Shown: piece by piece, positions 1 to 13,698 of the stretch
Numbering within the stretch: position 1 is the stretch's first letter
Layout of the letters: every line of letters starts with the position of its first letter
Assembly: GCF_016903815.1 (NCBI RefSeq)
Contig: NZ_CP069973.1
From: Escherichia coli
GTDB lineage: Bacteria > Pseudomonadota > Gammaproteobacteria > Enterobacterales > Enterobacteriaceae
DNA length: 64,000 nucleotides
Strand: one strand, 5' to 3'
Notes under the pieces: model-generated
The model's database searches: none
What the model saw: only the letters and a program-made list of their open reading frames with translations
What the model was told of the DNA's origin: nothing
Translations under genes and position numbers: made by a program

Positions 1-2220
1 TACCGCTTCTTCGGCTACGCTTTGCTCGTAACGCACTTTCTGATTGAGCTGACGCTGTTTACGACGCGGCTGAACCGGACGTACACGTTCTTCCTGTTCG
101 GTTTCCTGAACAGATTGCTCTTCAACATTCAGCGCCTTCGCTTCTTGTTGCGCCTGACGTTTATCATCGTTACGGCGGCGGCTACGTTCACGACGCGGCG
201 CTTGCTGCTCGTCGGTGGTACGTGCTTTTTCCGTTACCTCAGCCTGCTGACGGCTCTCACGCGTCTCGGCAGTCTGCTGCTGTGCCTGGCGACGATTACG
301 ACGGTTTTCTTCGCGATTATCGCTGCCTTCAGTACGTTCACTACGGGTGTCGCGGCGCTCATTACGGTCACGGCGGTTGTTCTGACGAGGCTTGCGACGA
401 TCCTGTTGACGTTCCGGTTTCGCTTCTGCTTTCGGTGCTGGTTGCTCGGCCGGTTTGGTTTCTTCACCACCGCTGAATAGCGCTTTCAGTGCGCCGAAGA
501 AGCGGCTCAACAACCCTGGTTGTGCAGGAGATGCTGGTGTTGCCGTTGCAGCTTTAGGTGCTGGGGCTACAACAGGGGCGGCAGGTTCAGCTGGGGTTGG
601 AGCTGGCGGCACATCCGGCATGGCAAAGGTTGCCAGCGCAGGTTGTTCAGGACGCTTACGTTCAGCGAACTCTTCTTCAGACGGCAGCGCCATCGCTTCT
701 TCATGCAGCTTCGGCAGCATGTAGCTTAAGGTTGGAGTTTCTTCCCCTTTACGCACGCGCAGCACATGGTAGTGCGGGGTTTCCATCTGATCGTTTGGCA
801 CAATCACACAGCGCACGCCGTCCTGACGAGTTTCAATCGCATTCACTGCAGAACGTTTTTCATTCAGCAGGTAAGACGCGATTGGCACAGGAACAATGGC
901 GTGAACTTCCTGAGTGTTCTCTTTCAGCGCTTCTTCTTCGATCAGACGCAGAATAGAGAGCGACAACGATTCGTTGTCACGCACGGTACCGGTACCGGAG
1001 CAGCGCGGGCAGACGTGATGGCTGGATTCACCCAGTGATGGGCTCAGACGCTGACGGGACATTTCCAGCAGGCCAAAGCGAGAAATATGGCTGATTTGAA
1101 TACGCGCCCGGTCCTGACGCACCGCTTCACGCAGACGGTTTTCTACCGCACGCTGGTGGCGTACTGGCGTCATGTCGATGAAGTCGATAACAATCAGGCC
1201 GCCGAGGTCACGCAGGCGCAGCTGACGAGCAATCTCATCGGCAGCTTCGAGGTTGGTGTTAAACGCGGTTTCTTCGATATCGCCGCCGCGGGTCGCGCGT
1301 GCGGAGTTGATGTCGATGGCGGTTAACGCTTCGGTGCTGTCGATAACAATGGAACCACCGGATGGCAGACGAACTTCACGCTGGAAGGCGGACTCAATCT
1401 GTGACTCGATCTGGTAGTGGCTGAACAGCGGGATCTCGCCGGTGTACAGTTTGATTTTGCTGCTGAAATCCGGGCGACCTAATGCAGCGATATGCTGGCG
1501 TGCCAGTTCGAGCACTTTCGGGTTATCGATAAGGATTTCGCCGATGTCCTGACGTAAGTAATCGCGGAATGCGCGAACGATTACGTTGCTCTCCTGATGA
1601 ATCAGGAACGGAGCTGGGCGGCTTTCAGCGGCTTTTTTGATGGCTTCCCAGTGTTTCAGACGGAAGCTTAAATCCCATTGCAGCGCCTCAGCAGATTTGC
1701 CGACGCCAGCGGTGCGCACGATAAGCCCCATGCCTTCCGGCAGTTCAAGGCTTGCCAGTGCTTCTTTTAATTCGGTACGGTCGTCGCCTTCGATACGACG
1801 AGAAATGCCACCCGCGCGCGGGTTGTTCGGCATCAGAACCAGATAGCTACCCGCCAGACTGATAAAGGTGGTTAATGCCGCGCCTTTGTTGCCGCGCTCT
1901 TCTTTATCGATCTGAACAATGACTTCCTGACCTTCACGCAACACATCTTTAATGTTGGGACGACCATGAGCACTGTAGTTAGCAGGGAAATATTCGCGGG
2001 CAATTTCTTTTAGTGGGAGGAAACCGTGACGTTCAGCGCCGTAATCAACAAAAGCAGCTTCCAGACTCGGTTCAATGCGGGTGATTTTACCTTTGTAGAT
2101 GTTTGCCTTTTTCTGCTCGTGCCCTGGACTTTCGATATCCAGGTCATACAGACGCTGCCCATCTACAAGGGCAACGCGCAACTCTTCCTGCTGAGTTGCG
2201 TTGATTAACATTCTTTTCAT
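1..2220 (-). CDS. rne: Ribonuclease E, N-terminal catalytic part (gene continues past the left window edge)
   Basis: Reverse complement of 2220 downward reads ATG AAA AGA ATG TTA ATC AAC GCA ACT CAG = [10 protein letters not shown]; Arg/Glu-rich repetitive coding further in explains the many short plus-strand shadow ORFs. Confidence 0.93.
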   Translation of the reverse strand, partial: MKRMLINATQQEELRVALVDGQRLYDLDIESPGHEQKKANIYKGKITRIEPSLEAAFVDYGAERHGFLPLKEIAREYFPANYSAHGRPNIKDVLREGQEVIVQIDKEERGNKGAALTTFISLAGSYLVLMPNNPRAGGISRRIEGDDRTELKEALASLELPEGMGLIVRTAGVGKSAEALQWDLSFRLKHWEAIKKAAESRPAPFLIHQESNVIVRAFRDYLRQDIGEILIDNPKVLELARQHIAALGRPDFSSKIKLYTGEIPLFSHYQIESQIESAFQREVRLPSGGSIVIDSTEALTAIDINSARATRGGDIEETAFNTNLEAADEIARQLRLRDLGGLIVIDFIDMTPVRHQRAVENRLREAVRQDRARIQISHISRFGLLEMSRQRLSPSLGESSHHVCPRCSGTGTVRDNESLSLSILRLIEEEALKENTQEVHAIVPVPIASYLLNEKRSAVNAIETRQDGVRCVIVPNDQMETPHYHVLRVRKGEETPTLSYMLPKLHEEAMALPSEEEFAERKRPEQPALATFAMPDVPPAPTPAEPAAPVVAPAPKAATATPASPAQPGLLSRFFGALKALFSGGEETKPAEQPAPKAEAKPERQQDRRKPRQNNRRDRNERRDTRSERTEGSDNREENRRNRRQAQQQTAETRESRQQAEVTEKARTTDEQQAPRRERSRRRNDDKRQAQQEAKALNVEEQSVQETEQEERVRPVQPRRKQRQLNQKVRYEQSVAEEAV

Positions 2221-2792
2221 CGTAACTTACTCATTATTCTTACATTGACGACTAAGCTGCGGGCAAAGTAACGCCTTTCCGGGTGTGAACCGATGGCCTC
2301 GTGTCTAGTCGCGTCGCCAACCTCACGGTTATCGTCAGCTCAAAGAGGCGCAGAGTGTCGGTTGCCCGTTTTTCATGCGGAAAAACAGCGCAATTATCAA
2401 AGAAACAGACTGGGTATTACTCTCCAGAAATATTTCCATCTACCGGTAAGGACTGCAACCCGCAGCCCGCTAACTGCCTGAAAGATCAATACGTCTTACG
2501 CCATTGCTGCGTGGATGATCGGTCGGGCAAAATGGGTTATTCCGTAAAATTTCTTGTTTTAACAAGGATGGACACGGAAACGGCCTCATTATTCCACTGC
2601 AAGCCTTGTTATAGCAAGATGACTTTTACCATTTATCACCCGCTTACTCACAGTTTTTTCACTTCTTGCTGGTGATTGGTTTAATAACCATCAATAAAGT
2701 GATCACGTAGTGAAGTAATAAGGTGCAAAACTAAATATAAGCATAGAAAAATGAGTGGCGCGAATCCTGTTGACTAATTAGAATCGCCCACC
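2221..2792. promoter_or_regulatory. rne 5' leader and divergent rne/rluC promoter region
   Basis: 570-bp ORF-poor gap between divergent rne and rluC starts; a long structured autoregulatory rne leader is established for this locus. Confidence 0.5.
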
Positions 2793-3752
2793 ATGAAAAC
2801 AGAGACTCCATCCGTAAAAATTGTTGCTATCACCGCTGACGAAGCGGGGCAACGTATCGATAACTTTTTGCGTACCCAATTGAAAGGCGTACCAAAAAGT
2901 ATGATTTACCGTATTTTGCGTAAAGGCGAAGTGCGGGTGAACAAAAAACGTATTAAGCCTGAATATAAACTCGAAGCGGGTGATGAGGTGCGTATCCCAC
3001 CGGTTCGCGTTGCTGAACGGGAAGAAGAGGCGGTTTCGCCACATCTGCAAAAGGTGGCGGCGCTGGCGGACGTCATCTTATATGAAGATGACCATATCCT
3101 GGTGCTGAATAAACCTTCCGGTACGGCGGTACATGGCGGTAGTGGTTTAAGCTTCGGCGTTATCGAAGGTTTGCGGGCGTTGCGCCCGGAAGCGCGGTTC
3201 CTTGAACTGGTTCATCGTCTCGACCGGGACACTTCAGGTGTGTTGCTGGTAGCGAAAAAACGCTCGGCGTTGCGTTCTCTGCATGAGCAATTACGTGAAA
3301 AAGGGATGCAAAAAGATTACCTGGCGCTGGTGCGCGGTCAGTGGCAGTCGCATGTGAAGAGCGTTCAAGCGCCGTTATTGAAAAATATTCTGCAAAGCGG
3401 CGAACGTATCGTGCGTGTGAGTCAGGAAGGCAAACCGTCGGAAACACGCTTTAAAGTGGAAGAACGCTATGCTTTTGCCACCCTGGTGCGTTGTAGCCCG
3501 GTAACAGGGCGTACTCATCAGATCCGTGTTCATACACAGTATGCGGGTCATCCGATTGCCTTTGACGATCGCTACGGTGACCGTGAATTTGACAGACAGC
3601 TCACTGAAGCAGGCACGGGATTAAATCGCCTGTTCCTGCACGCTGCAGCGTTGAAGTTTACTCATCCGGGGACCGGTGAGGTGATGCGTATCGAAGCGCC
3701 GATGGATGAAGGTTTGAAGCGTTGTTTGCAAAAGCTGCGTAACGCGCGCTAA
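2793..3752 (+). CDS. rluC: 23S rRNA pseudouridine synthase RluC
   Basis: 319-aa ORF with RluA-family motifs (HRLDRDTSG), conserved position opposite rne. Confidence 0.93.
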   Translation: MKTETPSVKIVAITADEAGQRIDNFLRTQLKGVPKSMIYRILRKGEVRVNKKRIKPEYKLEAGDEVRIPPVRVAEREEEAVSPHLQKVAALADVILYEDDHILVLNKPSGTAVHGGSGLSFGVIEGLRALRPEARFLELVHRLDRDTSGVLLVAKKRSALRSLHEQLREKGMQKDYLALVRGQWQSHVKSVQAPLLKNILQSGERIVRVSQEGKPSETRFKVEERYAFATLVRCSPVTGRTHQIRVHTQYAGHPIAFDDRYGDREFDRQLTEAGTGLNRLFLHAAALKFTHPGTGEVMRIEAPMDEGLKRCLQKLRNAR

Positions 3753-3783
3753 TACAAGCATATAAACCTGATAATGGGCGGTT

Positions 3784-3856
3784 GGCCTGATAAGGCGTTT
3801 ACGCCGCATCAGGCCGCCAGCACCGATTGCCGGATGCGAAGTAACCGCATCCGGCG
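3784..3856. repeat. REP (repetitive extragenic palindromic) elements
   Basis: Imperfect palindromes ggcctgataaggcgtttacgccgcatcaggcc and gccggatgcgaagtaaccgcatccggcg. Confidence 0.6.
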
Positions 3857-3863
3857 CAAACAA

Positions 3864-4448
3864 CTATCCCATCAGCGGGTTTTTCCCTTCCCGACGTAAC
3901 ATCTGACACAGCGCGATTAGCGGTAAACCAACCAGCGTGTTAGGATCACGCCCCTCTAAACGCTCAAACAGCGTAATGCCAAATCCTTCACTCTTAAAGC
4001 TACCCGCGCAGTGCAGGGGATGCTCTTTACGCACGTAATTATCAATCTCCGCCTCGCTCAGGTGACGGAAATGGACGTCAAAAGGCTCCACTTCTGTTTG
4101 TAGATGCCCATTCGCCGAATTAAACAACGCCAGTCCAGTATAGAAGGTGACGATATTGCCGCTGGCTTTGCGTAATTGCAGACGGGCATTTTCTTCCGTT
4201 AACGGTTTACCGGTGATTTCGCCATCAAGAACACATACCTGGTCTGAACCAATAATTAAATGATCCGGATAACGTGACGCCAGAGATTGCGCTTTTTCTT
4301 GTGCCAGTCGAAGCACCAACTGTCGCGGTGATTCGTCGCTGCGTGGGGTTTCGTCGACCTCTGGTGCTGCACATTCAAAAGAGATTTGCAGTTTTTCCAG
4401 AAGAGCGCGACGCCAGGGCGAGGTGGAGGCTAAAATAAGTTTAGGCAT
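3864..4448 (-). CDS. yceF: Maf-like nucleotide pyrophosphatase YceF
   Basis: ORF 3864-4487; start placed at internal Met ([14 protein letters not shown]) giving 194 aa. Confidence 0.88.
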
Positions 4449-4634
4449 ATTTTTTTCCATCAGATATAGCGTATTGATGATAGCCATTTTAAACTATGCG
4501 CTTCGTTTTGCAGGTTGATGTTCGTTATCAGCACTGAACGAAAATAAAGCAGTAACCCGCAATGTGTGCGAATTATTGGCAAAAGGCAACCACAGGCTGC
4601 CTTTTTCTTTGACTCTATGACGTTACAAAGTTAA

Positions 4635-5168
<534 letters not shown>

Positions 5169-5207
5169 TTGGTGCTCCCCGTTGGATCGGGGATAAACCG
5201 TAATTGA

Positions 5208-5393
<186 letters not shown>

Positions 5394-5473
5394 TCACGCG
5401 TCTGCGTGATGAAGCTTAGTGAGGATTTTCCCCAGGCAACTGGGGAAAGACCAAACCGGGCGGCGACGATACC

Positions 5474-6544
5474 TTGACACGTCTAACCCTGGCGTTAGAT
5501 GTCATGGGAGGGGATTTTGGCCCTTCCGTGACAGTGCCTGCAGCATTGCAGGCACTGAATTCTAATTCGCAACTCACTCTTCTTTTAGTCGGCAATCCCG
5601 ACGCCATCACGCCATTGCTTGCTAAAGCTGACTTTGAACAACGTTCGCGTCTGCAGATTATTCCTGCGCAGTCAGTTATCGCCAGTGATGCCCGGCCTTC
5701 GCAAGCTATCCGCGCCAGTCGTGGGAGTTCAATGCGCGTGGCCCTGGAGCTGGTGAAAGAAGGTCGAGCGCAAGCCTGTGTCAGTGCCGGTAATACCGGG
5801 GCGCTGATGGGGCTGGCAAAATTATTACTCAAGCCCCTGGAGGGGATTGAGCGTCCGGCGCTGGTGACGGTATTACCGCATCAGCAAAAGGGCAAAACGG
5901 TGGTCCTCGATTTAGGGGCCAACGTCGATTGTGACAGCACAATGTTGGTGCAATTTGCCATTATGGGCTCAGTCCTGGCTGAAGAGGTGGTGGAAATTCC
6001 CAATCCTCGCGTGGCGTTGCTCAATATTGGTGAAGAAGAAGTAAAGGGTCTCGACAGTATTCGGGATGCCTCAGCGGTGCTTAAAACAATCCCTTCTATC
6101 AATTATATCGGCTATCTTGAAGCCAATGAGTTGTTAACTGGCAAGACAGATGTGCTGGTTTGTGACGGCTTTACAGGAAATGTCACATTAAAGACGATGG
6201 AAGGTGTTGTCAGGATGTTCCTTTCTCTGCTGAAATCTCAGGGTGAAGGGAAAAAACGGTCGTGGTGGCTACTGTTATTAAAGCGTTGGCTACAAAAGAG
6301 CCTGACGAGGCGATTCAGTCACCTCAACCCCGACCAGTATAACGGCGCCTGTCTGTTAGGATTGCGCGGCACGGTGATAAAAAGTCATGGTGCAGCCAAT
6401 CAGCGAGCTTTTGCGGTCGCGATTGAACAGGCAGTGCAGGCGGTGCAGCGACAAGTTCCTCAGCGAATTGCCGCTCGCCTGGAATCTGTATACCCAGCTG
6501 GTTTTGAGCTGCTGGACGGTGGCAAAAGCGGAACTCTGCGGTAG
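5474..6544 (+). CDS. plsX: Phosphate acyltransferase PlsX
   Basis: 356-aa ORF, PlsX family, first gene of fab cluster. Confidence 0.93.
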
Positions 6545-6611
6545 CAGGACGCTGCCAGCGAACTCGCAGTTTGCAAGTGACGGTATATAACCGAAAAGTG
6601 ACTGAGCGTAC

Positions 6612-7565
6612 ATGTATACGAAGATTATTGGTACTGGCAGCTATCTGCCCGAACAAGTGCGGACAAACGCCGATTTGGAAAAAATGGTGGACACCTCTGA
6701 CGAGTGGATTGTCACTCGTACCGGTATCCGCGAACGCCACATTGCCGCGCCAAACGAAACCGTTTCAACCATGGGCTTTGAAGCGGCGACACGCGCAATT
6801 GAGATGGCGGGCATTGAGAAAGACCAGATTGGCCTGATCGTTGTGGCAACGACTTCTGCTACGCACGCTTTCCCGAGCGCAGCTTGTCAGATTCAAAGCA
6901 TGCTGGGCATTAAAGGTTGCCCGGCATTTGACGTTGCAGCAGCCTGCGCAGGTTTCACCTATGCATTAAGCGTAGCCGATCAATACGTGAAATCTGGGGC
7001 GGTGAAGTATGCTCTGGTCGTCGGTTCCGATGTACTGGCGCGCACCTGCGATCCAACAGATCGTGGGACTATTATTATTTTTGGCGATGGCGCGGGCGCT
7101 GCGGTGCTGGCTGCCTCTGAAGAGCCGGGAATCATCTCCACCCATCTGCATGCCGACGGTAGCTATGGTGAGTTGCTGACGCTGCCTAATGCTGACCGTG
7201 TGAATCCAGAGAATTCAATTCATCTGACGATGGCGGGCAACGAAGTCTTCAAGGTTGCGGTAACAGAACTGGCGCACATCGTTGATGAGACGCTGACGGC
7301 GAATAATCTTGACCGTTCTCAACTGGACTGGCTGGTTCCGCATCAGGCTAACCTGCGTATTATCAGTGCAACGGCGAAAAAACTCGGCATGTCGATGGAC
7401 AATGTCGTGGTGACGCTGGATCGCCACGGTAATACCTCTGCGGCCTCTGTCCCGTGCGCTCTGGATGAAGCTGTACGCGACGGGCGCATTAAGCCGGGGC
7501 AGTTGGTTCTGCTTGAAGCCTTTGGCGGTGGATTCACCTGGGGCTCCGCGCTGGTTCGTTTCTAG
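6612..7565 (+). CDS. fabH: 3-oxoacyl-ACP synthase III
   Basis: 317-aa ORF; active-site Cys context AAACAGF. Confidence 0.95.
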   Translation: MYTKIIGTGSYLPEQVRTNADLEKMVDTSDEWIVTRTGIRERHIAAPNETVSTMGFEAATRAIEMAGIEKDQIGLIVVATTSATHAFPSAACQIQSMLGIKGCPAFDVAAACAGFTYALSVADQYVKSGAVKYALVVGSDVLARTCDPTDRGTIIIFGDGAGAAVLAASEEPGIISTHLHADGSYGELLTLPNADRVNPENSIHLTMAGNEVFKVAVTELAHIVDETLTANNLDRSQLDWLVPHQANLRIISATAKKLGMSMDNVVVTLDRHGNTSAASVPCALDEAVRDGRIKPGQLVLLEAFGGGFTWGSALVRF

Positions 7566-7580
7566 GATAAGGATTAAAAC

Positions 7581-8510
7581 ATGACGCAATTTGCATTTGT
7601 GTTCCCTGGACAGGGTTCTCAAACCGTTGGAATGCTGGCTGATATGGCGGCGAGCTATCCAATTGTCGAAGAAACGTTTGCTGAAGCTTCTGCGGCGCTG
7701 GGCTACGACCTGTGGGCGCTGACCCAGCAGGGGCCAGCTGAAGAACTGAATAAAACCTGGCAAACCCAGCCAGCGCTGTTGACTGCATCTGTTGCGCTGT
7801 ACCGCGCATGGCAGCAGCAGGGCGGTAAAGCACCGGCATTGATGGCCGGTCACAGCCTGGGGGAATACTCCGCGCTGGTTTGCGCTGGTGTGATTGATTT
7901 CGCTGATGCGGTGCGTCTGGTTGAGATGCGCGGCAAGTTCATGCAAGAAGCCGTACCGGAAGGCACGGGCGCTATGGCGGCAATCATCGGTCTGGATGAT
8001 GCGTCTATTGCGAAAGCGTGTGAAGAAGCTGCAGAAGGTCAGGTCGTTTCTCCGGTAAACTTTAACTCTCCGGGACAGGTGGTTATTGCCGGTCATAAAG
8101 AAGCAGTTGAGCGTGCTGGCGCTGCCTGTAAAGCTGCGGGCGCAAAACGCGCTCTGCCGTTACCAGTGAGCGTACCGTCTCACTGTGCGCTGATGAAACC
8201 AGCAGCCGACAAACTGGCAGTAGAATTAGCGAAAATCACCTTTAACGCACCAACAGTTCCTGTTGTGAATAACGTTGATGTGAAATGCGAAACCAATGGT
8301 GATGCCATCCGTGACGCACTGGTACGTCAGTTGTATAACCCGGTTCAGTGGACGAAGTCTGTTGAATACATGGCAGCGCAAGGCGTAGAACATCTCTATG
8401 AAGTCGGCCCGGGCAAAGTGCTTACTGGCCTGACGAAACGCATTGTCGACACCCTGACCGCCTCGGCGCTGAACGAACCTTCAGCGATGGCAGCGGCGCT
8501 CGAGCTTTAA
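7581..8510 (+). CDS. fabD: Malonyl-CoA:ACP transacylase
   Basis: 309-aa ORF; GHSLGEYSA active-site motif. Confidence 0.95.
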   Translation: MTQFAFVFPGQGSQTVGMLADMAASYPIVEETFAEASAALGYDLWALTQQGPAEELNKTWQTQPALLTASVALYRAWQQQGGKAPALMAGHSLGEYSALVCAGVIDFADAVRLVEMRGKFMQEAVPEGTGAMAAIIGLDDASIAKACEEAAEGQVVSPVNFNSPGQVVIAGHKEAVERAGAACKAAGAKRALPLPVSVPSHCALMKPAADKLAVELAKITFNAPTVPVVNNVDVKCETNGDAIRDALVRQLYNPVQWTKSVEYMAAQGVEHLYEVGPGKVLTGLTKRIVDTLTASALNEPSAMAAALEL

Positions 8511-8522
8511 AAGAGGAAAATC

Positions 8523-9257
8523 ATGAGTTTTGAAGGAAAAATCGCACTGGTAACCGGTGCAAGCCGCGGAATTGGCCGCGCAATTGCTGAAACGCTCGCA
8601 GCCCGTGGCGCGAAAGTTATTGGCACTGCGACCAGTGAAAATGGCGCTCAGGCGATCAGTGATTATTTAGGTGCCAACGGCAAAGGTCTGATGTTGAATG
8701 TGACCGACCCGGCATCTATCGAATCTGTTCTGGAAAAAATTCGCGCAGAATTTGGTGAAGTGGATATCCTGGTCAATAATGCCGGTATCACTCGTGATAA
8801 CCTGTTAATGCGAATGAAAGATGAAGAGTGGAACGATATTATCGAAACCAACCTTTCATCTGTTTTCCGTCTGTCAAAAGCGGTAATGCGCGCTATGATG
8901 AAAAAGCGTCATGGTCGTATTATCACTATCGGTTCTGTGGTTGGTACCATGGGAAATGGCGGTCAGGCCAACTACGCTGCGGCGAAAGCGGGCTTGATCG
9001 GCTTCAGTAAATCACTGGCGCGCGAAGTTGCGTCACGCGGTATTACTGTAAACGTTGTTGCTCCGGGCTTTATTGAAACGGACATGACACGTGCGCTGAG
9101 CGATGACCAGCGTGCGGGTATCCTGGCGCAGGTTCCTGCGGGTCGCCTCGGCGGCGCACAGGAAATCGCCAACGCGGTTGCATTCCTGGCATCCGACGAA
9201 GCAGCTTACATCACGGGTGAAACTTTGCATGTGAACGGCGGGATGTACATGGTCTGA
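8523..9257 (+). CDS. fabG: 3-oxoacyl-ACP reductase
   Basis: 244-aa SDR; TGASRGIGRA NADP motif and YAAAKAG catalytic motif. Confidence 0.95.
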   Translation: MSFEGKIALVTGASRGIGRAIAETLAARGAKVIGTATSENGAQAISDYLGANGKGLMLNVTDPASIESVLEKIRAEFGEVDILVNNAGITRDNLLMRMKDEEWNDIIETNLSSVFRLSKAVMRAMMKKRHGRIITIGSVVGTMGNGGQANYAAAKAGLIGFSKSLAREVASRGITVNVVAPGFIETDMTRALSDDQRAGILAQVPAGRLGGAQEIANAVAFLASDEAAYITGETLHVNGGMYMV

Positions 9258-9467
9258 CCGCGATTTGCACAAAATGCTCATGTTGCGCGCAGTCTGCGTG
9301 GTTATGAGTAATAATTAGTGCAAAATGATTTGCGTTATTGGGGGGTAAGGCCTCAAAATAACGTAAAATCGTGGTAAGACCTGCCGGGATTTAGTTGCAA
9401 ATTTTTCAACATTTTATACACTACGAAAACCATCGCGAAAGCGAGTTTTGATAGGAAATTTAAGAGT

Positions 9468-9704
9468 ATGAGCACTATCGAAGAACGCGTTAAGAAAATT
9501 ATCGGCGAACAGCTGGGCGTTAAGCAGGAAGAAGTTACCAACAATGCTTCTTTCGTTGAAGACCTGGGCGCGGATTCTCTTGACACCGTTGAGCTGGTAA
9601 TGGCTCTGGAAGAAGAGTTTGATACTGAGATTCCGGACGAAGAAGCTGAGAAAATCACCACCGTTCAGGCTGCCATTGATTACATCAACGGCCACCAGGC
9701 GTAA
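9468..9704 (+). CDS. acpP: Acyl carrier protein
   Basis: 78-aa ORF with [12 protein letters not shown] phosphopantetheine-attachment motif. Confidence 0.96.
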
Positions 9705-9714
9705 GTGAACATCT

Positions 9715-9751
9715 CCAGGCGGTCGTTCGACCGCCTGAGTTTTATCTTTTT
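9715..9751 (+). terminator. Rho-independent terminator after acpP
   Basis: Hairpin ccaggcggtcg/cgaccgcctg followed by a T-rich run. Confidence 0.6.
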
Positions 9752-9761
9752 GTCCCACTAG

Positions 9762-11033
<1,272 letters not shown>

Positions 11034-11054
11034 GTTGTCATTTCCCACCCTTAT

Positions 11055-11080
11055 AAAAGGTCCGCTTGCGGGCCTTTTTT
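11055..11080. terminator. Rho-independent (bidirectional-looking) terminator after fabF
   Basis: aaaaggtccgcttgcgggcctttttt: GC stem flanked by an A-run and a T-run. Confidence 0.6.
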
Positions 11081-11081
11081 C

Positions 11082-11794
11082 TTGTGCACAGAAAACCCCC
11101 AGCTAGGCTGGGGGTTCCGGAAAGCTTTCAGCTTTAAGCCAGTTATTAAAACCCCTTTTGATTTGTTAAAACACCTTGCGGTCTGGCAACTGCAAGTGTC
11201 AAACAAGAAATCAAAAGGGGGTCCCAATGGGGAACGAAAAGAGCTTAGCGCACACCCGATGGAACTGTAAATATCACATAGTTTTTGCGCCAAAATACCG
11301 AAGACAGGTGTTCTACAGAGAGAAGCGTAGAGCAATAGGCAGTATTTTGAGAAAGCTGTGTGAGTGGAAAAGTGTACGGATTCTGGAAGCTGAATGCTGT
11401 GCAGATCATATCCATATGCTTGTGGAGATCCCGCCCAAAATGAGCGTATCCGGCTTTATGGGATATCTGAAAGGGAAAAGCAGTCTGATGCTTTACGAGC
11501 AGTTTGGTGATTTGAAATTCAAATACAGGAACAGGGAGTTCTGGTGCAGAGGGTACTACGTCGATACGGTGGGTAAGAACACGGCGAAGATACAGGATTA
11601 CATAAAGCACCAGCTTGAAGAGGATAAAATGGGAGAGCAGTTATCGATTCCCTATCCGGGCAGCCCGTTTACGGGCCGTAAGTAACGAAGTTGGATGCAA
11701 ATGTCAGATCGTGTGCGCCTGTTAGGGCGCGGCTGGTAAGAGAGCCTTATAGGCGCATTTGAAAAACCTCCGGCTATGCCGGAGGATATTTATT
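11082..11794 (+). mobile_element. IS200-type insertion sequence, copy 1
   Basis: 713-bp block identical to 27980-28692; left-end hairpin cccccagctaggctggggg; single Y1 transposase gene; absent from this intergenic site in E. coli K-12 as I recall it. Confidence 0.9.
11227..11685 (+). CDS. tnpA: IS200/IS605-family Y1 (HUH) transposase TnpA
   Basis: 152 aa from internal Met with RBS aaaggggg; HUH motif HIHMLVEIPP; ORF-track 5' extension judged non-coding. Confidence 0.9.
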   Translation: MGNEKSLAHTRWNCKYHIVFAPKYRRQVFYREKRRAIGSILRKLCEWKSVRILEAECCADHIHMLVEIPPKMSVSGFMGYLKGKSSLMLYEQFGDLKFKYRNREFWCRGYYVDTVGKNTAKIQDYIKHQLEEDKMGEQLSIPYPGSPFTGRK

Positions 11795-11863
11795 AGCTTT
11801 TATTCTGACTTGTTCCGTAGTGAACATGCTGCCACACTAACAATTCTCTGATAAGGAGCCGGT

Positions 11864-12673
11864 ATGTTCTTAATTAACGGTCATAAGCAGGAATCGCTGG
11901 CAGTAAGCGATCGGGCAACGCAGTTTGGTGATGGTTGTTTTACCACCGCCAGAGTTATCGACGGTAAAGTCAGTTTGTTATCGGCGCATATCCAGCGACT
12001 ACAGGATGCTTGTCAGCGGTTGATGATTTCCTGTGACTTCTGGCCTCAGCTTGAACTAGAGATGAAAACGCTGGCAGCAGAACAGCAAAATGGTGTGCTG
12101 AAAGTGGTGATCAGTCGCGGTAGTGGCGGGCGAGGATACAGCACATTGAACAGCGGACCGGCAACGCGGATTCTCTCCGTTACGGTTTATCCCGCACATT
12201 ACGACCGTTTGCGTAACGAGGGGATGACGTTGGCGCTAAGCCCGGTGCGGCTGGGGCGCAATCCTCATCTTGCAGGTATTAAACATCTTAATCGGCTTGA
12301 GCAAGTATTGATCCGCTCTCATCTTGAGCAGACAAACGCTGATGAGGCGCTGGTCCTTGACAGCGAAGGGTGGGTTACGGAATGCTGTGCGGCTAATTTG
12401 TTCTGGCGGAAGGGCAACGTAGTTTATACGCCGCGACTGGATCAGGCAGGTGTTAACGGCATTATGCGACAATTCTGTATCCGTTTACTGGCACAATCCT
12501 CTTATCAGCTTGTCGAAGTGCAAGCCTCGCTGGAGGAGGCGTTGCAGGCAGATGAGATGGTTATTTGTAATGCGTTAATGCCAGTGATACCCGTACGTGC
12601 CTGTGGCGATGTCTCCTTTTCGTCAGCAACGTTATATGAATATTTAGCCCCACTTTGTGAGCGCCCGAATTAG
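11864..12673 (+). CDS. pabC: Aminodeoxychorismate lyase
   Basis: 269-aa class IV aminotransferase-fold ORF, conserved position after fabF. Confidence 0.9.
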   Translation: MFLINGHKQESLAVSDRATQFGDGCFTTARVIDGKVSLLSAHIQRLQDACQRLMISCDFWPQLELEMKTLAAEQQNGVLKVVISRGSGGRGYSTLNSGPATRILSVTVYPAHYDRLRNEGMTLALSPVRLGRNPHLAGIKHLNRLEQVLIRSHLEQTNADEALVLDSEGWVTECCAANLFWRKGNVVYTPRLDQAGVNGIMRQFCIRLLAQSSYQLVEVQASLEEALQADEMVICNALMPVIPVRACGDVSFSSATLYEYLAPLCERPN

Positions 12674-12675
12674 TC

Positions 12676-13698
12676 ATGAAAAAAGTGTTATTGATTATCT
12701 TGTTATTGCTGGTGGTACTGGGTATCGCCGCTGGTGTGGGCGTCTGGAAGGTTCGCCATCTTGCCGACAGCAAATTGCTTATCAAAGAAGAGACGATATT
12801 TACCCTGAAGCCAGGGACCGGACGTCTGGCGCTCGGTGAACAGCTTTATGCCGATAAGATCATCAATCGCCCACGGGTTTTCCAATGGCTGCTGCGTATC
12901 GAACCGGATCTTTCTCACTTTAAAGCCGGGACTTACCGCTTTACACCGCAGATGACCGTGCGCGAGATGCTGAAATTGCTGGAAAGCGGTAAAGAAGCAC
13001 AGTTCCCTCTGCGACTGGTAGAAGGGATGCGTCTGAGCGATTACCTCAAGCAATTGCGTGAGGCCCCGTATATCAAGCACACGCTGAGCGACGATAAGTA
13101 CGCCACCGTAGCGCAGGCACTTGAACTGGAAAACCCGGAGTGGATTGAAGGTTGGTTCTGGCCAGACACCTGGATGTATACCGCCAATACCACCGATGTC
13201 GCGTTACTCAAGCGAGCGCACAAGAAAATGGTGAAAGCGGTCGATAGCGCCTGGGAAGGGCGTGCGGACGGTCTGCCCTATAAAGATAAAAACCAGCTGG
13301 TGACGATGGCATCAATTATCGAAAAAGAAACCGCCGTTGCCAGTGAACGCGATCAGGTTGCCTCGGTATTTATCAACCGGTTACGCATTGGTATGCGCCT
13401 GCAGACCGACCCGACCGTGATTTACGGGATGGGAGAGCGTTATAATGGCAAACTTTCTCGTGCAGACCTGGAAACGCCGACAGCGTATAACACCTATACC
13501 ATTACCGGTTTGCCGCCAGGTGCAATAGCTACGCCGGGGGCGGATTCGCTGAAGGCTGCTGCGCATCCGGCAAAAACGCCGTATCTCTATTTTGTGGCCG
13601 ATGGTAAAGGTGGTCACACGTTTAATACCAATCTTGCCAGTCATAACAAGTCTGTGCAGGATTATCTGAAAGTGCTTAAGGAAAAAAATGCGCAGTAA
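12676..13698 (+). CDS. mltG: Endolytic murein transglycosylase MltG (YceG)
   Basis: 340-aa ORF with N-terminal TM segment, YceG family. Confidence 0.9.

Noticed and set aside
22-2208. Many 60-150 aa plus-strand ORFs at the left end of the window
   Set aside because: They lie antisense or out of frame within rne, whose Arg/Glu/Pro-rich repetitive coding region generates long shadow frames; rne itself is missing from the ORF track only because it runs off the window edge
7215-8096. 293-aa minus-strand ORF
   Set aside because: Antisense to fabH/fabD, both of which have clear active-site motifs; shadow ORF
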